64,000 bases of DNA from Vulcanimicrobiota bacterium (GCA_963833095.1 CAWHWQ010000001.1:192001-256000); one strand, 5' to 3'; counted from the stretch's first letter, positions 1 through 10,614 are shown. A program made the numbers and translations. Notes: generated from the sequence alone by a model not told the origin.

Positions 1-804
1 GGGCGGCATCGCCGAGATGGCCGAGATGCCCGAAGACGTGCGCAACGTTACCGATCCGCTCGACGCGGTCGGCAATACGACCAAAGCCGTGACCAAGGGC
101 TATGCGATCGGTTCGGCGGCGCTTGCGGCGGTCGTGCTCTTCGCGTCGTTCGTGCAAGAGCTGATCAAGGCCAAGTGCGCAGCCGGCGGCGGCGCGGCCT
201 GTGCGGAAGGCGTCACCAATCTTTTTGCGATCGGCAATCCTTACGTACTCTCGGGTCTGTTCATCGGCGGTTTGCTGCCGTATCTGTTCGCCTCGCTTTC
301 GATGGAAGCGGTCGGGCGCGCGGCCGGAGCGGTCGTCGAAGAAGTCCGCCGCCAGTTCCGCGAGATTCCCGGCATCATGGAGGGAACCGCCAAGCCGGAT
401 TACGGAACGACGGTCGAATCGTGACGGCGGCGGCGCTCAAAGAGATGATCGTTCCGGCACTCATTCCGGTCGGCGTGCCGATCATCGTCGTGCTGCTCTC
501 GGTCTTCAATATCCTCAACGGCGATACCGCCGCGCAAATCATGGGCGGCATTCTGGTCGGCTCGATCGTCACGGGGCTCTTCCTCGCGATCTCGATGACG
601 ACCGGCGGCGGCGCGTGGGACAACGCCAAGAAATACATCGAAGACGGCCATCTCGGCGGCAAAGGCTCGATCGCGCATCAAGCCGCCGTCACCGGTGATA
701 CCGTCGGCGATCCCTACAAAGATACGGCGGGCCCCGCGATCAACCCGATGATCAAGGTGCTCAACATCGTCGCACTCTTATTGGTCGGCTTCCTCGTACA
801 CTAA
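1..804 (+). CDS. hppA: Membrane H+-translocating pyrophosphatase, 3' part; apparent frameshift near 415-420
   Basis: Motifs [32 protein letters not shown] and [14 protein letters not shown] split over ORFs 17..424 and 175..804; Lys in GNTTK marks the K+-independent type. Confidence 0.93.
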   Translation, partial: GRHRRDGRDARRRAQRYRSARRGRQYDQSRDQGLCDRFGGACGGRALRVVRARADQGQVRSRRRRGLCGRRHQSFCDRQSLRTLGSVHRRFAAVSVRLAFDGSGRARGRSGRRRSPPPVPRDSRHHGGNRQAGLRNDGRIVTAAALKEMIVPALIPVGVPIIVVLLSVFNILNGDTAAQIMGGILVGSIVTGLFLAISMTTGGGAWDNAKKYIEDGHLGGKGSIAHQAAVTGDTVGDPYKDTAGPAINPMIKVLNIVALLLVGFLVH

Positions 805-806
805 GA

Positions 807-858
807 GGATCAACGCTTTGCGTTGATCCGTGGCGTTCGGTGCGCTTACGCGCACCGA
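807..858. repeat. Double-hairpin palindromic element
   Basis: ggatcaacgc-ttt-gcgttgatcc followed by tcggtgcgc-ttac-gcgcaccga; similar architecture at 25205-25250. Confidence 0.55.
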
Positions 859-873
859 TCCGCAACCTGATAT

Positions 874-906
874 GCGAGTGCCCCTGGTGGGTGCTCGCTT
901 TTTTTT
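874..906 (+). terminator. Rho-independent terminator of hppA
   Basis: gcgagtgccc/gggtgctcgc stem (with G-U pairs) followed by T8. Confidence 0.75.
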
Positions 907-1093
907 ACCACAAACTGCCGTCGGCGACGAGACAGTAGAGAATCGGACCCAGGCCCCAGATGATGCTGACGATGAACCAGATGACCTTCGTGCCGCCCGA
1001 CATATCGGTGCGCGCGGCCAGATTGATCCACATGAGAATCATGGCGATCGGATGCAAGATGATCGAGAGCAGAATTTCGAGGAGAAGCTTCAT
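905..1093 (-). CDS. Small membrane protein, PLDc_N-like
   Basis: 62 aa, two hydrophobic helices, pattern K.IW.IV.II.G.GPILY. Confidence 0.6.
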   Translation of the reverse strand: MKLLLEILLSIILHPIAMILMWINLAARTDMSGGTKVIWFIVSIIWGLGPILYCLVADGSLW

Positions 1094-1133
1094 CTCCTTA
1101 CCTTATTCCGCAACGGACATTTCGGCAACCACT

Positions 1134-1694
1134 TCACGGCTCGGTTAGCCAGTTTGCCGCCTTGAACCAAAGCTCCATCGCTGCATTGACGCGCGACCGT
1201 TCTTCCGTGGCGCAGTAATCCATCATCGCGCCACGATACACCGCGAGCGAGAGCGTCGCAAAGGCTTCGGCTCGATCGTTCGGAACCCCGCGACGCTCGA
1301 GCGCCTCTTTGAGCAGGCCCAGCCAGTCGTTGATGCCGTGCAGAAAGTCACCGTAGTGCTCGTCGCGAAGCGCCAGGCCATAGGCTTCGAAGAACAGGCG
1401 CGATTCGCTCGCGGTCTCCACATAGAAGTCCCACATCATTCGACGGAACGCGTCAGGCGGCAGCGAGAGATCGAGGCTTGCAAATTTGCTGCGCAGCCGA
1501 ATACGATTGCGCGCGATCAGCGCCGCGATCAAATCTTCTTTGGTCGGGAAAAAGTCTTCTAGCGCGTCGCCGGGCAGACCGAGAGCAGCGGCCGCCCCGT
1601 CGAGTGTGAGCGCGCAAAGACCGACCTTATCGACATGCGGGCGCAGACGTTCTAAGAGGTCGTCACGTTCGCGCAGCTCCGCGGTCGGATCCAT
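1134..1694 (-). CDS. TetR-family transcriptional regulator
   Basis: MDPTAELRERDD... with HTH-like LTLDGAAAALG...FFPTKEDLIA; start overlaps stop of upstream gene. Confidence 0.75.
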   Translation of the reverse strand: MDPTAELRERDDLLERLRPHVDKVGLCALTLDGAAAALGLPGDALEDFFPTKEDLIAALIARNRIRLRSKFASLDLSLPPDAFRRMMWDFYVETASESRLFFEAYGLALRDEHYGDFLHGINDWLGLLKEALERRGVPNDRAEAFATLSLAVYRGAMMDYCATEERSRVNAAMELWFKAANWLTEP

Positions 1695-2185
1695 CAGCCG
1701 CTCGCAGGCGTCGCATGGTCCAACGCCTCGTATTTCCGGTAGACCGCGAGATACGTTGCGCCGATGATCCCAACGGCAAAGAACAAGAGACCGTCTCCGA
1801 CCACGTTTCCAATCGCACTGGTCGGCGGCAGCAGCATGCGAATCACCGCGCGACCGACGAATGCGCCCACGTAAATCAACGCCGTCGCCCAGTTCGGGCC
1901 GAGCTGCATCACGCCGTGCCGATCGGTGGCAGTGACTTGGGTGTGATGACCGCGCAGGATTCCAAGCGGAATACCGGCAGCCAGACCAAGTATTACCGAC
2001 GCGGCAATTTGCCACACCGGCGGATGAAAGAAGATGACACTTTCGTACATAAACGTGCCCGCGAGCACGATCAGCATGCCCGCGAAAATCCACATGCGCG
2101 TGACGCTGATGCGCTGCGGCTGTGACGAACGGTAGAGTATTAGCGCCATTAATACGAAATAAATCAGGATGTTCTCGCGGCTCAT
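1694..2185 (-). CDS. DUF1453/CcdC-like membrane protein
   Basis: 163 aa, about five TM segments, G..LG.LRG motif. Confidence 0.55.
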   Translation of the reverse strand: MSRENILIYFVLMALILYRSSQPQRISVTRMWIFAGMLIVLAGTFMYESVIFFHPPVWQIAASVILGLAAGIPLGILRGHHTQVTATDRHGVMQLGPNWATALIYVGAFVGRAVIRMLLPPTSAIGNVVGDGLLFFAVGIIGATYLAVYRKYEALDHATPASG

Positions 2186-2226
2186 GTCGCCCGTCGTTGG
2201 GCGCGCTTTCGGTTCAACGCCTTTAT

Positions 2227-2258
2227 AAAAAAACGAGGCCGCAATCTGCGGCCTCGTT
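2227..2258 (-). terminator. Terminator after rplL
   Basis: cgaggccgca-atc-tgcggcctcg hairpin with T7 on the minus strand. Confidence 0.85.
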
Positions 2259-2280
2259 CTTGCTTTTCCGGTCGAGGAAA

Positions 2281-2652
2281 CTACTTGATCTCGACCTTCG
2301 CGCCGGCTTCCTCGAGCTTCTTCTTGACGCTCTCGGCTTCGTCTTTGGTGACGCCTTCTTTGACGGCCTTGGGGGCGCTCTCCACGAACGACTTGGCCTC
2401 GGTGAGACCCAGGCTCGTAAGCTCGCGCACGGCCTTGATGACCTTGATCTTCTCCGGTCCCGCTTCGGACAGGATCACGTCGAATTCGGTCTTTTCGGCG
2501 GCGGGTGCGGCGGCCGCGGCAGCCGGACCGGCAACCATTGCGACCGGGGCTGCGGCGCTAACGCCGTATTTCTCTTCGAGCTGCTTGACCAGGTCGGCGA
2601 GCTCGAGCACGGTGAGTTTGTCGATTTGATCGATGACTTCGGCAACTGCCAT
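2281..2652 (-). CDS. rplL: 50S ribosomal protein L7/L12
   Basis: [49 protein letters not shown]. Confidence 0.99.
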   Translation of the reverse strand: MAVAEVIDQIDKLTVLELADLVKQLEEKYGVSAAAPVAMVAGPAAAAAAPAAEKTEFDVILSEAGPEKIKVIKAVRELTSLGLTEAKSFVESAPKAVKEGVTKDEAESVKKKLEEAGAKVEIK

Positions 2653-2667
2653 GATAGATGAATCTCC

Positions 2668-3201
2668 TTAAGCGTTCGAACCCGCGGCTTCTTTTTGCTC
2701 GCGGATGGCATTGAGTACGCGGACGAGACCGCTCTGGTTGCCCGATAGTACGGTAACGAGACCGCGCATCGGGCTTGCGAGCGTTCCGACGAGTCTAGCG
2801 ATGAGCTCGATCTTGGGCGGCAGCGAAGCGAGGACTAAGACTTGCTTGGCATCGACGAGCACGCCGTCGATGTAGGCAGCTTTGATTCCGAGCTTCTTGC
2901 TGTCGTCTGCGAACTGTTTGATTGCTTTTGCCGGCGCGACCGGATCGGTGCCTGCAAAAACGATGCCGGTCGGACCGGCCAGATACGCATCTAACTGCTT
3001 GGCGATCTCTTCGCCGGCAGCGATCTTGAAGAGCGTGTTCTTGACGACGGCATAGGTGCTGCCGTCTTTGCGCAGCTCGCCGCGAAGCTTCGTGATCTCT
3101 TCAACGGTCAGGCCTTGGAAGTCAGTCAAGAACAGGTTCTGCGAATCGGCGAGCCGATCGCGCAACTCTTGAACCGCGGTTTCTTTACTTGCGGTTGGCA
3201 T
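2668..3201 (-). CDS. rplJ: 50S ribosomal protein L10
   Basis: MPTASKE..., DFQGLTV, VVKNTL, LASLPPK; directly upstream of rplL. Confidence 0.97.
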   Translation of the reverse strand: MPTASKETAVQELRDRLADSQNLFLTDFQGLTVEEITKLRGELRKDGSTYAVVKNTLFKIAAGEEIAKQLDAYLAGPTGIVFAGTDPVAPAKAIKQFADDSKKLGIKAAYIDGVLVDAKQVLVLASLPPKIELIARLVGTLASPMRGLVTVLSGNQSGLVRVLNAIREQKEAAGSNA

Positions 3202-3228
3202 TGACGTTGTTGCTGCTTTCTTGGATTT

Positions 3229-3428
3229 AAAAAAGCGCTCCATCCGTCCGGAGGGCGCTTCACCAAGAACAATGCACGTGGCGACACTTGTCACCTTGAG
3301 CCTGTCGAAGGGTCGAACGCATCCTCTGTTGGGCGGGTTTGGCTTCGCCAAACCCGGACGGCGCTTCGCGCTCGTCCAGGGTTGCCGCGCCATTCCCGTT
3401 TGAGTATCAATACCCCAACGGTCTTCGG
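3229..3428 (-). promoter_or_regulatory. L10 leader (autogenous control) with attenuator terminator
   Basis: Minus strand ccgaagaccgttgg...ccaacagagg resembles the L10-leader core; terminator aagcgccctcc...ggagcgctttttt at 3229-3260 just before rplJ. Confidence 0.7.
3288..3314. repeat. REP-like GTCA-family half element
   Basis: ttgtcaccttgagcctgtcgaagggtc, related to the copies at 19759 and 43845. Confidence 0.55.
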
Positions 3429-3510
3429 AGCCAAGAGGTAGACTACCACGGCGGCCCCTCCCCGCGCAACCGGAGGAGCCGCCCCGTCGCCCGAGCGAAC
3501 CGACGCGCCC

Positions 3511-4131
3511 ATGCCCTTTACTTTGCCGTCCACCCCAGATGAGGCGCTCGCCCGTCTGCTCGAAGGCAACCGCCGCTTCTTCGAGGAGCGCCCGCAGACT
3601 GCGGTCCCTTCGGCCGAGCGCGTCGAGCTGGCTAGCGCTCAACGTCCCTTTGCCGTCGTCTTGGGATGCTCGGACTCGCGCGTTCCGGTCGAAACGATCT
3701 TCGACCAGCGCCCCGGCGACTTGTTCGTCATTCGTTTGGCCGGGAACATCGTTACCACCGAAGGCCTGGCGTCGATGGAGTACGCGCGTGAGGTGCTGGG
3801 CAGCTCGCTAGTCCTCGTGCTCGGGCACACCAGCTGCGGGGCGGTACAGGCCGCGATGTCTCTGGTCGAGTCGGGCACGGTGTTTCCGGGACACATCGCG
3901 CTGTTGGCCGAGGCGATCGCGCCGATCGCTCGCGACACGCGCACGGCGCAGTCCGACTGGTGGACCGCGGCGATCGAATGCAACGCGCGTGCCGGAAAGC
4001 GCGCGATCTTACGCCGATCGCAAATATTACGAACGGCGACGGCGCACGGAAGTCTGCGCGTCGCCGCCGCGGTCTACGATCTACACACCGGAATGGTTAC
4101 GCTGCTGGACCAGACTTCCGATCCTCCATAA
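3511..4131 (+). CDS. Beta-class carbonic anhydrase
   Basis: ALARLLEGNRRF, CSDSRV, R.AGN, GHTSCGAV. Confidence 0.95.
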   Translation: MPFTLPSTPDEALARLLEGNRRFFEERPQTAVPSAERVELASAQRPFAVVLGCSDSRVPVETIFDQRPGDLFVIRLAGNIVTTEGLASMEYAREVLGSSLVLVLGHTSCGAVQAAMSLVESGTVFPGHIALLAEAIAPIARDTRTAQSDWWTAAIECNARAGKRAILRRSQILRTATAHGSLRVAAAVYDLHTGMVTLLDQTSDPP

Positions 4132-5380
4132 CACGCAGCGGACGCAGCACACCAATCGAGAGCAACGCCGCCACGATGTTGAAGACCCCCGCGACCGAGA
4201 TCGCGAGCGTCCAACTTCCAGTTGCCGCCGTGAGCACGCTCGCAAGCGGTACAAGTAGCGAACCAGTACCCTTTGCGGTGTAGAGCATGCCGTAATTCGT
4301 CGTGGCATACTTCTGTCCGAATTGATCGCGCGTCGTCGCCGGGAAGATGCTGAAGATTTCGCCCCAGGCGAAGAACACGACGGCGGAGAGCAGCACGAAC
4401 GCCACCGGCGAATGGCCGAACTGCATCAGCGCGAAGATGCCGATGCCTTCGAGCAGAAACGCGATGAACAGCGTGAGCTCGCGCCCAATGTTGTCGGAAA
4501 TCCATCCGAGCAGAGGCCGCGTGAAACCGTTGACGAGACCGTTGAGCGAGAGCGCAAAGGTGAGCGCCGGAAGCGTCCACAGGAAGATCGTGACCGGCGA
4601 CTTCGCAATACCAAAGTCGCTCGCTATCGGCCCCAGCTGCGCGACGGCCATCAAGCCGCCCGAAGCGACCAGCGTGAACATTACGTACATCACCCAGAAG
4701 ATCGGCGAGCGCAACGTCTCACCGGGCGTGTAGTCGCGCTTGCCCTGCAGCACCTTGATGGGTCGCGCTTCCTTGACCGTCGTGGCCGGCGGCGTGAGCA
4801 AGAACATCGCCGCGATGATTACAATGGCGCCTTGGATCAGTCCGAAAACGAGGAACGTTTGCTCCCATCCGCTCGATTTAATCAGCAGCGTCAGTGGAAC
4901 GATCGTGATCGCCGTCCCGGCTCCGAATCCCATCGCGGTCAACCCCGCCGCAAGACCGCGATTACCGGCAAACCACTTGAGCGCGTTGCCGATGCACGCG
5001 CCGTAGACGATGCCCGCGCCGATACCGGCGAAGACAGCGCCGAGATACAACACCTCGAGCGACGACGCAAAGGAGTTGGTTACCCATCCCAGCGCGGCAA
5101 AGATGCCGCCGACGACGACCATTCGGCGCGGGCCGAACCGGTCGACAAGCGCCGCCTCGAACGGAACCAGCCAGGTTTCGACGAGCACGAAGATCGTGAA
5201 TGAGACCTGAATTGCGGCCTTCGACCAACCCATCGAAGTATGGATCGGATTGACGAAGATAGTCCAGCCGTACTGGAGGTTTGCGATCATCGCCATGCAG
5301 ACGATGCCGGCTACGAGCTGAACCCAGGGGTTACGCAATACGCTTTGTCGCGGCTGCGCCGCGGCGGTTTGAGCGGCCAT
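4097..5380 (-). CDS. oxlT: Oxalate/formate antiporter family MFS transporter
   Basis: ANLQYGWT, GNALKWF...RGLAAG, WGEIFS.FP, NYGMLYTAKG. Confidence 0.9.
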   Translation of the reverse strand: MAAQTAAAQPRQSVLRNPWVQLVAGIVCMAMIANLQYGWTIFVNPIHTSMGWSKAAIQVSFTIFVLVETWLVPFEAALVDRFGPRRMVVVGGIFAALGWVTNSFASSLEVLYLGAVFAGIGAGIVYGACIGNALKWFAGNRGLAAGLTAMGFGAGTAITIVPLTLLIKSSGWEQTFLVFGLIQGAIVIIAAMFLLTPPATTVKEARPIKVLQGKRDYTPGETLRSPIFWVMYVMFTLVASGGLMAVAQLGPIASDFGIAKSPVTIFLWTLPALTFALSLNGLVNGFTRPLLGWISDNIGRELTLFIAFLLEGIGIFALMQFGHSPVAFVLLSAVVFFAWGEIFSIFPATTRDQFGQKYATTNYGMLYTAKGTGSLLVPLASVLTAATGSWTLAISVAGVFNIVAALLSIGVLRPLRVMEDRKSGPAA

Positions 5381-5431
5381 TCATGCACCCTTTCTCACGT
5401 AATGAGCCGAGAAGCAACAGTTCGGAGTAAT

Positions 5432-6910
5432 TTAGCGACGAAGACTGATCCAGATCGTCTTCTTATCGGTGTAGTTATCCAGAGCGGTCTCTCCAAGGTC
5501 GCGACCCATCCCGGAGTCGCCTCCTAAACCGCCCCACGGCAGGCGCGTGTCGCTCTGCCCATAGGTGTTAACCCACACGGTGCCGGCGCGAAGACGCTGC
5601 GCCATTATGTGCGCGCGCACGACGTCTTTCGTCCAGACCCCGGCAGCGAGGCTGAAGTCCGAATCATTCGCGATTCGGACTGCGTCATCTTCATCCTTGA
5701 ACCGAATCACAGCGGCCACGGGGCCGAAGATCTCTTCCCGCGCGATCTTCATCGAATTGTCGACCTCGGTAAAGACCGTGGGTTCGAGGAAGTAACCCTT
5801 CGTTCCGACACGATCGCCGCCCGAAAGCAGGGTCGCGCCTTCGCTCTTGCCGGCTTCGATGTAACCCATGATCGAGTTCATCTGCTTCTGCGAGATGACC
5901 GGCCCAATATAGGTCTTTTCGTCTTGCGGGTCGCCGATTTTCAACGACTTCGAACGTGCGACCATTCGTTCGCAGAACTCGTCGTATACGCTCTCTTGCA
6001 CAAGTATTCGCGAGCCGGCCGAACATACTTGACCGCTGTTGAAGAAAATGCCCGCCGAAGACCCTTTGACCGCCGCATCGATGTCGGCATCCTCGAAGAT
6101 GAGGTTCGGCGATTTGCCGCCTAGCTCGAGGGTCAAACGCGTCACGAACGGTGCAGCATTCTCCATGATCAATTTGCCGACACCGGGCGAGCCGGTAAAC
6201 GAAATCTTGTCGACGTCGGGATTCCTCACGATCGACATGCCCGCAGTTGATCCCGGACCAGGTACGATGTTGAGGACACCCGGCGGGACGCCGGCCTCGA
6301 GCGCAAGCTCGCCGAGCAAAAGCGCGGTGAGCGGCGTCTCGGTCGCTGGTTTCATCACGATCGTGCATCCGCAAGCCAACGCCGGCGCGATCTTCCACAT
6401 CGAGTTCATCAGCGGGAAATTCCATGGCACGATCGCGCCCACGACGCCGACCGGCACCCGCGCGATGTACGTGTGTGCGTCGGGACGTACGGGGACGACG
6501 TCGCCGGTGATCTTGTCGGGCCAGCCGGCGTAATATTCAAGGCAGTCCAGCATCGCCGGATAATCCTGACGGCGCACCGAGCTGATCGGCTTTCCACCGT
6601 CGAGCGACTCGAGCATGACGATCTCGTCCTGGCGCTGGCGAATCATTTCCGCGAAGCGCATCATGATGCGGGCGCGTTCGGAAGCACGCATCGTGCCCCA
6701 GGGCCCCGATTCGAGCGCCGCGCGCGCCGCCTTTACGGCCAGCGCGGTATCTTCGGGACCGGCCGATGCGACATTCGCAATGACCTCTTCGGTTGCGGGA
6801 TTGCGTGTTTCAAACGTCTCGCCCGAGCGCGCATCGACCCATTTGCCGTCGATCAACAACTTGGTCTGCGGAATGCGGACAGGTGGACGCGGTGTTGCGG
6901 CAATTGCCAT
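5432..6910 (-). CDS. NAD-dependent aldehyde dehydrogenase
   Basis: PWNFPL, FTGS, LELGGKSP, GQVCSAGSR, EEIFGP. Confidence 0.95.
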   Translation of the reverse strand: MAIAATPRPPVRIPQTKLLIDGKWVDARSGETFETRNPATEEVIANVASAGPEDTALAVKAARAALESGPWGTMRASERARIMMRFAEMIRQRQDEIVMLESLDGGKPISSVRRQDYPAMLDCLEYYAGWPDKITGDVVPVRPDAHTYIARVPVGVVGAIVPWNFPLMNSMWKIAPALACGCTIVMKPATETPLTALLLGELALEAGVPPGVLNIVPGPGSTAGMSIVRNPDVDKISFTGSPGVGKLIMENAAPFVTRLTLELGGKSPNLIFEDADIDAAVKGSSAGIFFNSGQVCSAGSRILVQESVYDEFCERMVARSKSLKIGDPQDEKTYIGPVISQKQMNSIMGYIEAGKSEGATLLSGGDRVGTKGYFLEPTVFTEVDNSMKIAREEIFGPVAAVIRFKDEDDAVRIANDSDFSLAAGVWTKDVVRAHIMAQRLRAGTVWVNTYGQSDTRLPWGGLGGDSGMGRDLGETALDNYTDKKTIWISLRR

Positions 6911-6912
6911 GA

Positions 6913-8164
6913 TCAGATAACCCCTTCCGCGCGCAGGTTCTCGACCTGCGCGGCATCGTAGCCCATGAGTTCGTGTAAGAGCTCTGCATTGTGCTCGCCG
7001 AGAAGCGGCGCGCGTTTATAGTCCACCGGAGAGTCCGAGAGCACTAGCGGACAGCCGACAGTGTAGTAGGTTCCGCGCTGCGGATGCTCGACCGCGGCGA
7101 CCATGCCGCGGGCGCGCAGCGATTCGTCTTCGAGCAACTCTTTCATCGCGAGAACCGGCCCGCAAGGGATGTCGAGCGCGTTGCAGCGCTCGAGCACTTC
7201 GTACTTCGTATATTTCTGCGTCCACTGTTCGACGATGCCGAACACTTCGGCCAAGATCGGAACACGCGCTTCGGGGGTTGCGTACTTCGGATCGGTGATG
7301 AGATCAGGTCTTCCCATCGCGTTGCAAAGCGGCTCCCAGATTTGCGGCTGAATGATCAGGTACACATAGTCGTTGGGGCCGCCCGGAGCGCAACGCAACG
7401 CCGAGCCCGGATGTCCGCCGCCCGAAGCGTTGCCCGAGCGCGGCACGACGCCGTTGAAATTGGAATTGGGATATTCGCGCAACGGCCCGCGTTCCAAACG
7501 CTGCTGATCGCGCATCTTCACGCGGCACAGGTTGAGCACCGAGTCCTGCATGGTACACATGACGCGCTGGCCTTCGCCGGTGTGCACGTCGCGTTGATAC
7601 AGCGCCGCGAGAATCGCCGCGACGGAATGGATGCCCGTGCCCGAGTCGCCGATCTGCGCGCCCGTCACCAGCGGTGGTCCGTCCTCCCAGCCGGTCGTGC
7701 TCATCGATCCGCCCATCGCTTGCGCCACCGGTTCGTAGGCTTTCGCGTCGGCGTACTGACCCGGCCCGAAACCCTTGATCGATGCGTAGATCATCCGCGG
7801 ATTGAGTTCGTGGATCTTCTCCCACGGAAAACCTTGCCGATCGAGGACGCCCGGGCCGAAGTTCTCCACCAGCACGTCGCACTCGTGGATGAGCTTGGTG
7901 AAGATCTCTTTGCCCTGCGCCGTTTTGGTATTGAGGGTCAACGAGCGTTTGTTGCCGTTGAGCATCGCGAAATACAAACTGTCGACGTCGGGCATGTCGC
8001 GCAGTTGCTGGCGGGTGATGTCGCCGCGACCGGGTAGCTCGACTTTGATCACGTCGGCGCCGAGCCACGCGAGGATTTGCGTGCATGACGGGCCCGACTG
8101 GACATGGGTCATGTCCAGTATGCGAACGCCGTCGAGCGCCTTTTTTGTCGTTTTGTGCGATCAT
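6913..8164 (-). CDS. frc: Formyl-CoA transferase (family III CoA transferase); one extra base in the A6 run at 8141-8146
   Basis: [27 protein letters not shown]; removing one A gives an N-terminus [17 protein letters not shown] starting at an ATGA overlap with the upstream stop. Confidence 0.9.
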
Positions 8165-9876
8165 TTGTACATCGTTTGGTTTTCGGTGCCCGGAGCATAG
8201 GCGTCGGGATCGAGCCACACGTTGATAACCGCGCAGGTCCCGGACTCGCGTGCGCGCTCGAGCGCCGGCCGAATTTGTTCGGGTTCACGCACGGCCTCGC
8301 CGTAGAACCCAAGCATGTCGGCGAACTTCTCGAAATCCACGTCGCCGAGATAATTTCCCACGTCGCCGCGTTCTTTTCCATACTTCTGGATCTGACCGCA
8401 GCGAATCTGATTCATGTAGCTGTTGTTCCCCACGATGGCGATGTACGGCAAGCCGAAGCGCACCGCGGTTTGCATGTCGAATCCGGTCATTGCGAACGAA
8501 CCGTCGCCAAAGAGAGCGACGACCTCGCGACTCGGATGCGCGAGTTTGGCCGCCATCGCGAAGCCGGTGCCGACGCCGAGTGTCCCGAGCGGGCCCGGGT
8601 CCATCCATAATCCCGGAGCCTTCGGCCGTACGACATTGCCGGCAAAGGTCACGACGTCGCCGCCGTCGCCGACGAAGATCGAGTTGTCGGTGAGGAAGTT
8701 GTCGATCTCGTAGGCGAGACGATACGGGTGAATCGGCCGGGCGTCACTGCGCAGTTTGGGCAAACGCGCTGCAACCGCGGCGTTTTCTTTTTCGCGAAGC
8801 ATCGCGACCCAGGCGTTGCGCGCAGTCGCGGCGTCCTTGTTGCCTCCGGCGGCATGCGCCACCGCAGCGAGGATGACCCCGACGTCCCCGACCAGCCCCA
8901 AATCGACATCTCGGTTACGACCGACGGTCGCATACGACATATCGATCTGCACGACGGTCTTGGCCTTGAGGCTCTTGCCGTAGCGCAGACGGAAGTCGAA
9001 TGGCGTGCCGACGACCACGATAACATCGGCTGCTTCGAATGCGTCGCGACGCGTGAGTTGGAAATTTAGCGGATGATCCGGCGGCAGCGTCCCGCGACCG
9101 GCACCGTTCATATAGGCCGGGATGTTGAGCCGCTCCACGAACTCGCGCGCCGTCTCCGAGGCGCCGCACGTCCACACTTGCTGGCCAAGCAGCACGCACG
9201 GTTTGGTCGACTTCGAGAGAATGTCGGCGAGTCGCTGGATGTCGTTTGGATCGCCTACGCTCTTGGTTGAGGCGCGGTAATGCCCCGCTTGCGGGATCAC
9301 GGCCCTCTCCGGCTCGATCTCATGATCGAGGACCGTGCGCGGAATCTCGAGGTAGACCGGGCCGAACGAGCCGTTGAACGCCTCGCGCGCCGCCATCGAC
9401 ACGAAATCCGCTACGCGTAACGTCGTGGGCACACTCGTTGCAAACTTGGTGATCGGTCGCAACATCTCGACGTGCGGCAGATCTTGCAAGCCACCCATAC
9501 GATGTTGTGCAAGCCCGGCTTGACCGCCGATCAACAACATTGGACTCTCGGCACGAAATGCGTTTGCCACGCCGGTGATCGCATTAGTCGTTCCCGGCCC
9601 CGCGGTTACGACCGCGCAGCCCAAGTTGCCGGTCATGCGCGCATAGCCGTCGGCCGCATGGGCCGCGACCTGCTCGTGGCGCACGTCGATGATCTTGATC
9701 CCTTCGTCGATGCAGCCGTCATAGATGTCGATAATGTGTCCGCCGCAGAGCGTGAAGATCGTATCGACACCTTCAGACTTCAGCGCTTTCGCGACGAGAT
9801 GTCCGCCCGAGAGTTTTTTCTCGGATGCAGTCACCTCCACCGCGGGTTGACTAGGAACTGAAAGCGTTTGCGCCAT
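8161..9876 (-). CDS. TPP-dependent acyl-CoA lyase/decarboxylase (HACL/ILVBL-like; oxalyl-CoA decarboxylase-related)
   Basis: FTLCGGHI, VRHEQ, TAGPG.TN, TPP motif GDGSF...GNN; coupled to frc. Confidence 0.85.
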   Translation of the reverse strand: MAQTLSVPSQPAVEVTASEKKLSGGHLVAKALKSEGVDTIFTLCGGHIIDIYDGCIDEGIKIIDVRHEQVAAHAADGYARMTGNLGCAVVTAGPGTTNAITGVANAFRAESPMLLIGGQAGLAQHRMGGLQDLPHVEMLRPITKFATSVPTTLRVADFVSMAAREAFNGSFGPVYLEIPRTVLDHEIEPERAVIPQAGHYRASTKSVGDPNDIQRLADILSKSTKPCVLLGQQVWTCGASETAREFVERLNIPAYMNGAGRGTLPPDHPLNFQLTRRDAFEAADVIVVVGTPFDFRLRYGKSLKAKTVVQIDMSYATVGRNRDVDLGLVGDVGVILAAVAHAAGGNKDAATARNAWVAMLREKENAAVAARLPKLRSDARPIHPYRLAYEIDNFLTDNSIFVGDGGDVVTFAGNVVRPKAPGLWMDPGPLGTLGVGTGFAMAAKLAHPSREVVALFGDGSFAMTGFDMQTAVRFGLPYIAIVGNNSYMNQIRCGQIQKYGKERGDVGNYLGDVDFEKFADMLGFYGEAVREPEQIRPALERARESGTCAVINVWLDPDAYAPGTENQTMYK

Positions 9877-9904
9877 GAACGACCCTTTCAAGACGAGTGA
9901 AGTA

Positions 9905-10585
9905 TCAAATATCGTGAACGTGCGCGGCGACGTGCGCCGCCAAACCTAAAGCATGTTCGCGCACCAACCGCTCGGCGAGTTCGCCCTCGCGCGACTCGAG
10001 TGCCTCGATAATCTGCATATGGTCGACCATCGATCGCTCGAACCGGTGGTCTTCAGAAATCGTGCGATGACGGATCGAGCGAACGTGAATCATGAGTGTC
10101 TCGGCCATGCGCGAAAGCGTCGCCGAACGCGCCAGCTCGATGATGCGTCCGTGGAAGGCCAGATTCGCATCGGAGTATTCGTCGAGTTTAGCGGCGATGG
10201 CGCCGTTCTCAAAGGTCGCGAAAATCGTGCGCAGCGACGCGATCTCGTCGTCATGCGCGCGCTCGGCGACGAGACGAGCGGCCATGCTTTCCAACGCGGC
10301 CCACACCTTGATGATCTCGACGAGCTCGTCTCGGCTCTTACGAAGGATGAAGTAGCCTCGACGCGGCACGCTTTCGACCAGACCTTCGTGTTCGAGCCGC
10401 GCCAGCGCGTCACGAATCGGCGTTCGGCTCACGCCAAGACGCGCGGCCAAGTCACGCTCGTCCAGGCGAAGGTCTTGATCGGCGCGCTCGTAGATGTTCA
10501 TCTCCAGCAAGGCAGAACGCAGCGCCGCATACGCGCGGTGCGCGAAACTCGCTTCGGATTCGAGCCTGACCAAACCCAATGCCAC
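9905..10585 (-). CDS. GntR/FCD transcriptional regulator
   Basis: LAARLGVSRTPIRDAL HTH plus FCD domain (N..FH, H..II.AL); GTG start after GGAGG. Confidence 0.9.
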   Translation of the reverse strand: MALGLVRLESEASFAHRAYAALRSALLEMNIYERADQDLRLDERDLAARLGVSRTPIRDALARLEHEGLVESVPRRGYFILRKSRDELVEIIKVWAALESMAARLVAERAHDDEIASLRTIFATFENGAIAAKLDEYSDANLAFHGRIIELARSATLSRMAETLMIHVRSIRHRTISEDHRFERSMVDHMQIIEALESREGELAERLVREHALGLAAHVAAHVHDI

Positions 10586-10614
10586 TACCCACGCCCTCCC
10601 AGGGAAAAGTGGCA

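Noticed and set aside
2668..3642. 324-aa extended RplJ and similar long N-terminal extensions (rpmG, thiL, TetR, mdcG, GGDEF protein)
   Set aside because: Open-frame run-through typical of high GC; homology begins at downstream starts
8141..8146. Programmed -1 frameshift at AAAAAAG in frc
   Set aside because: The run is phased AAA-AAA-G and needs a +1 correction, not the dnaX-type A-AAA-AAG -1 shift; a homopolymer error is more likely
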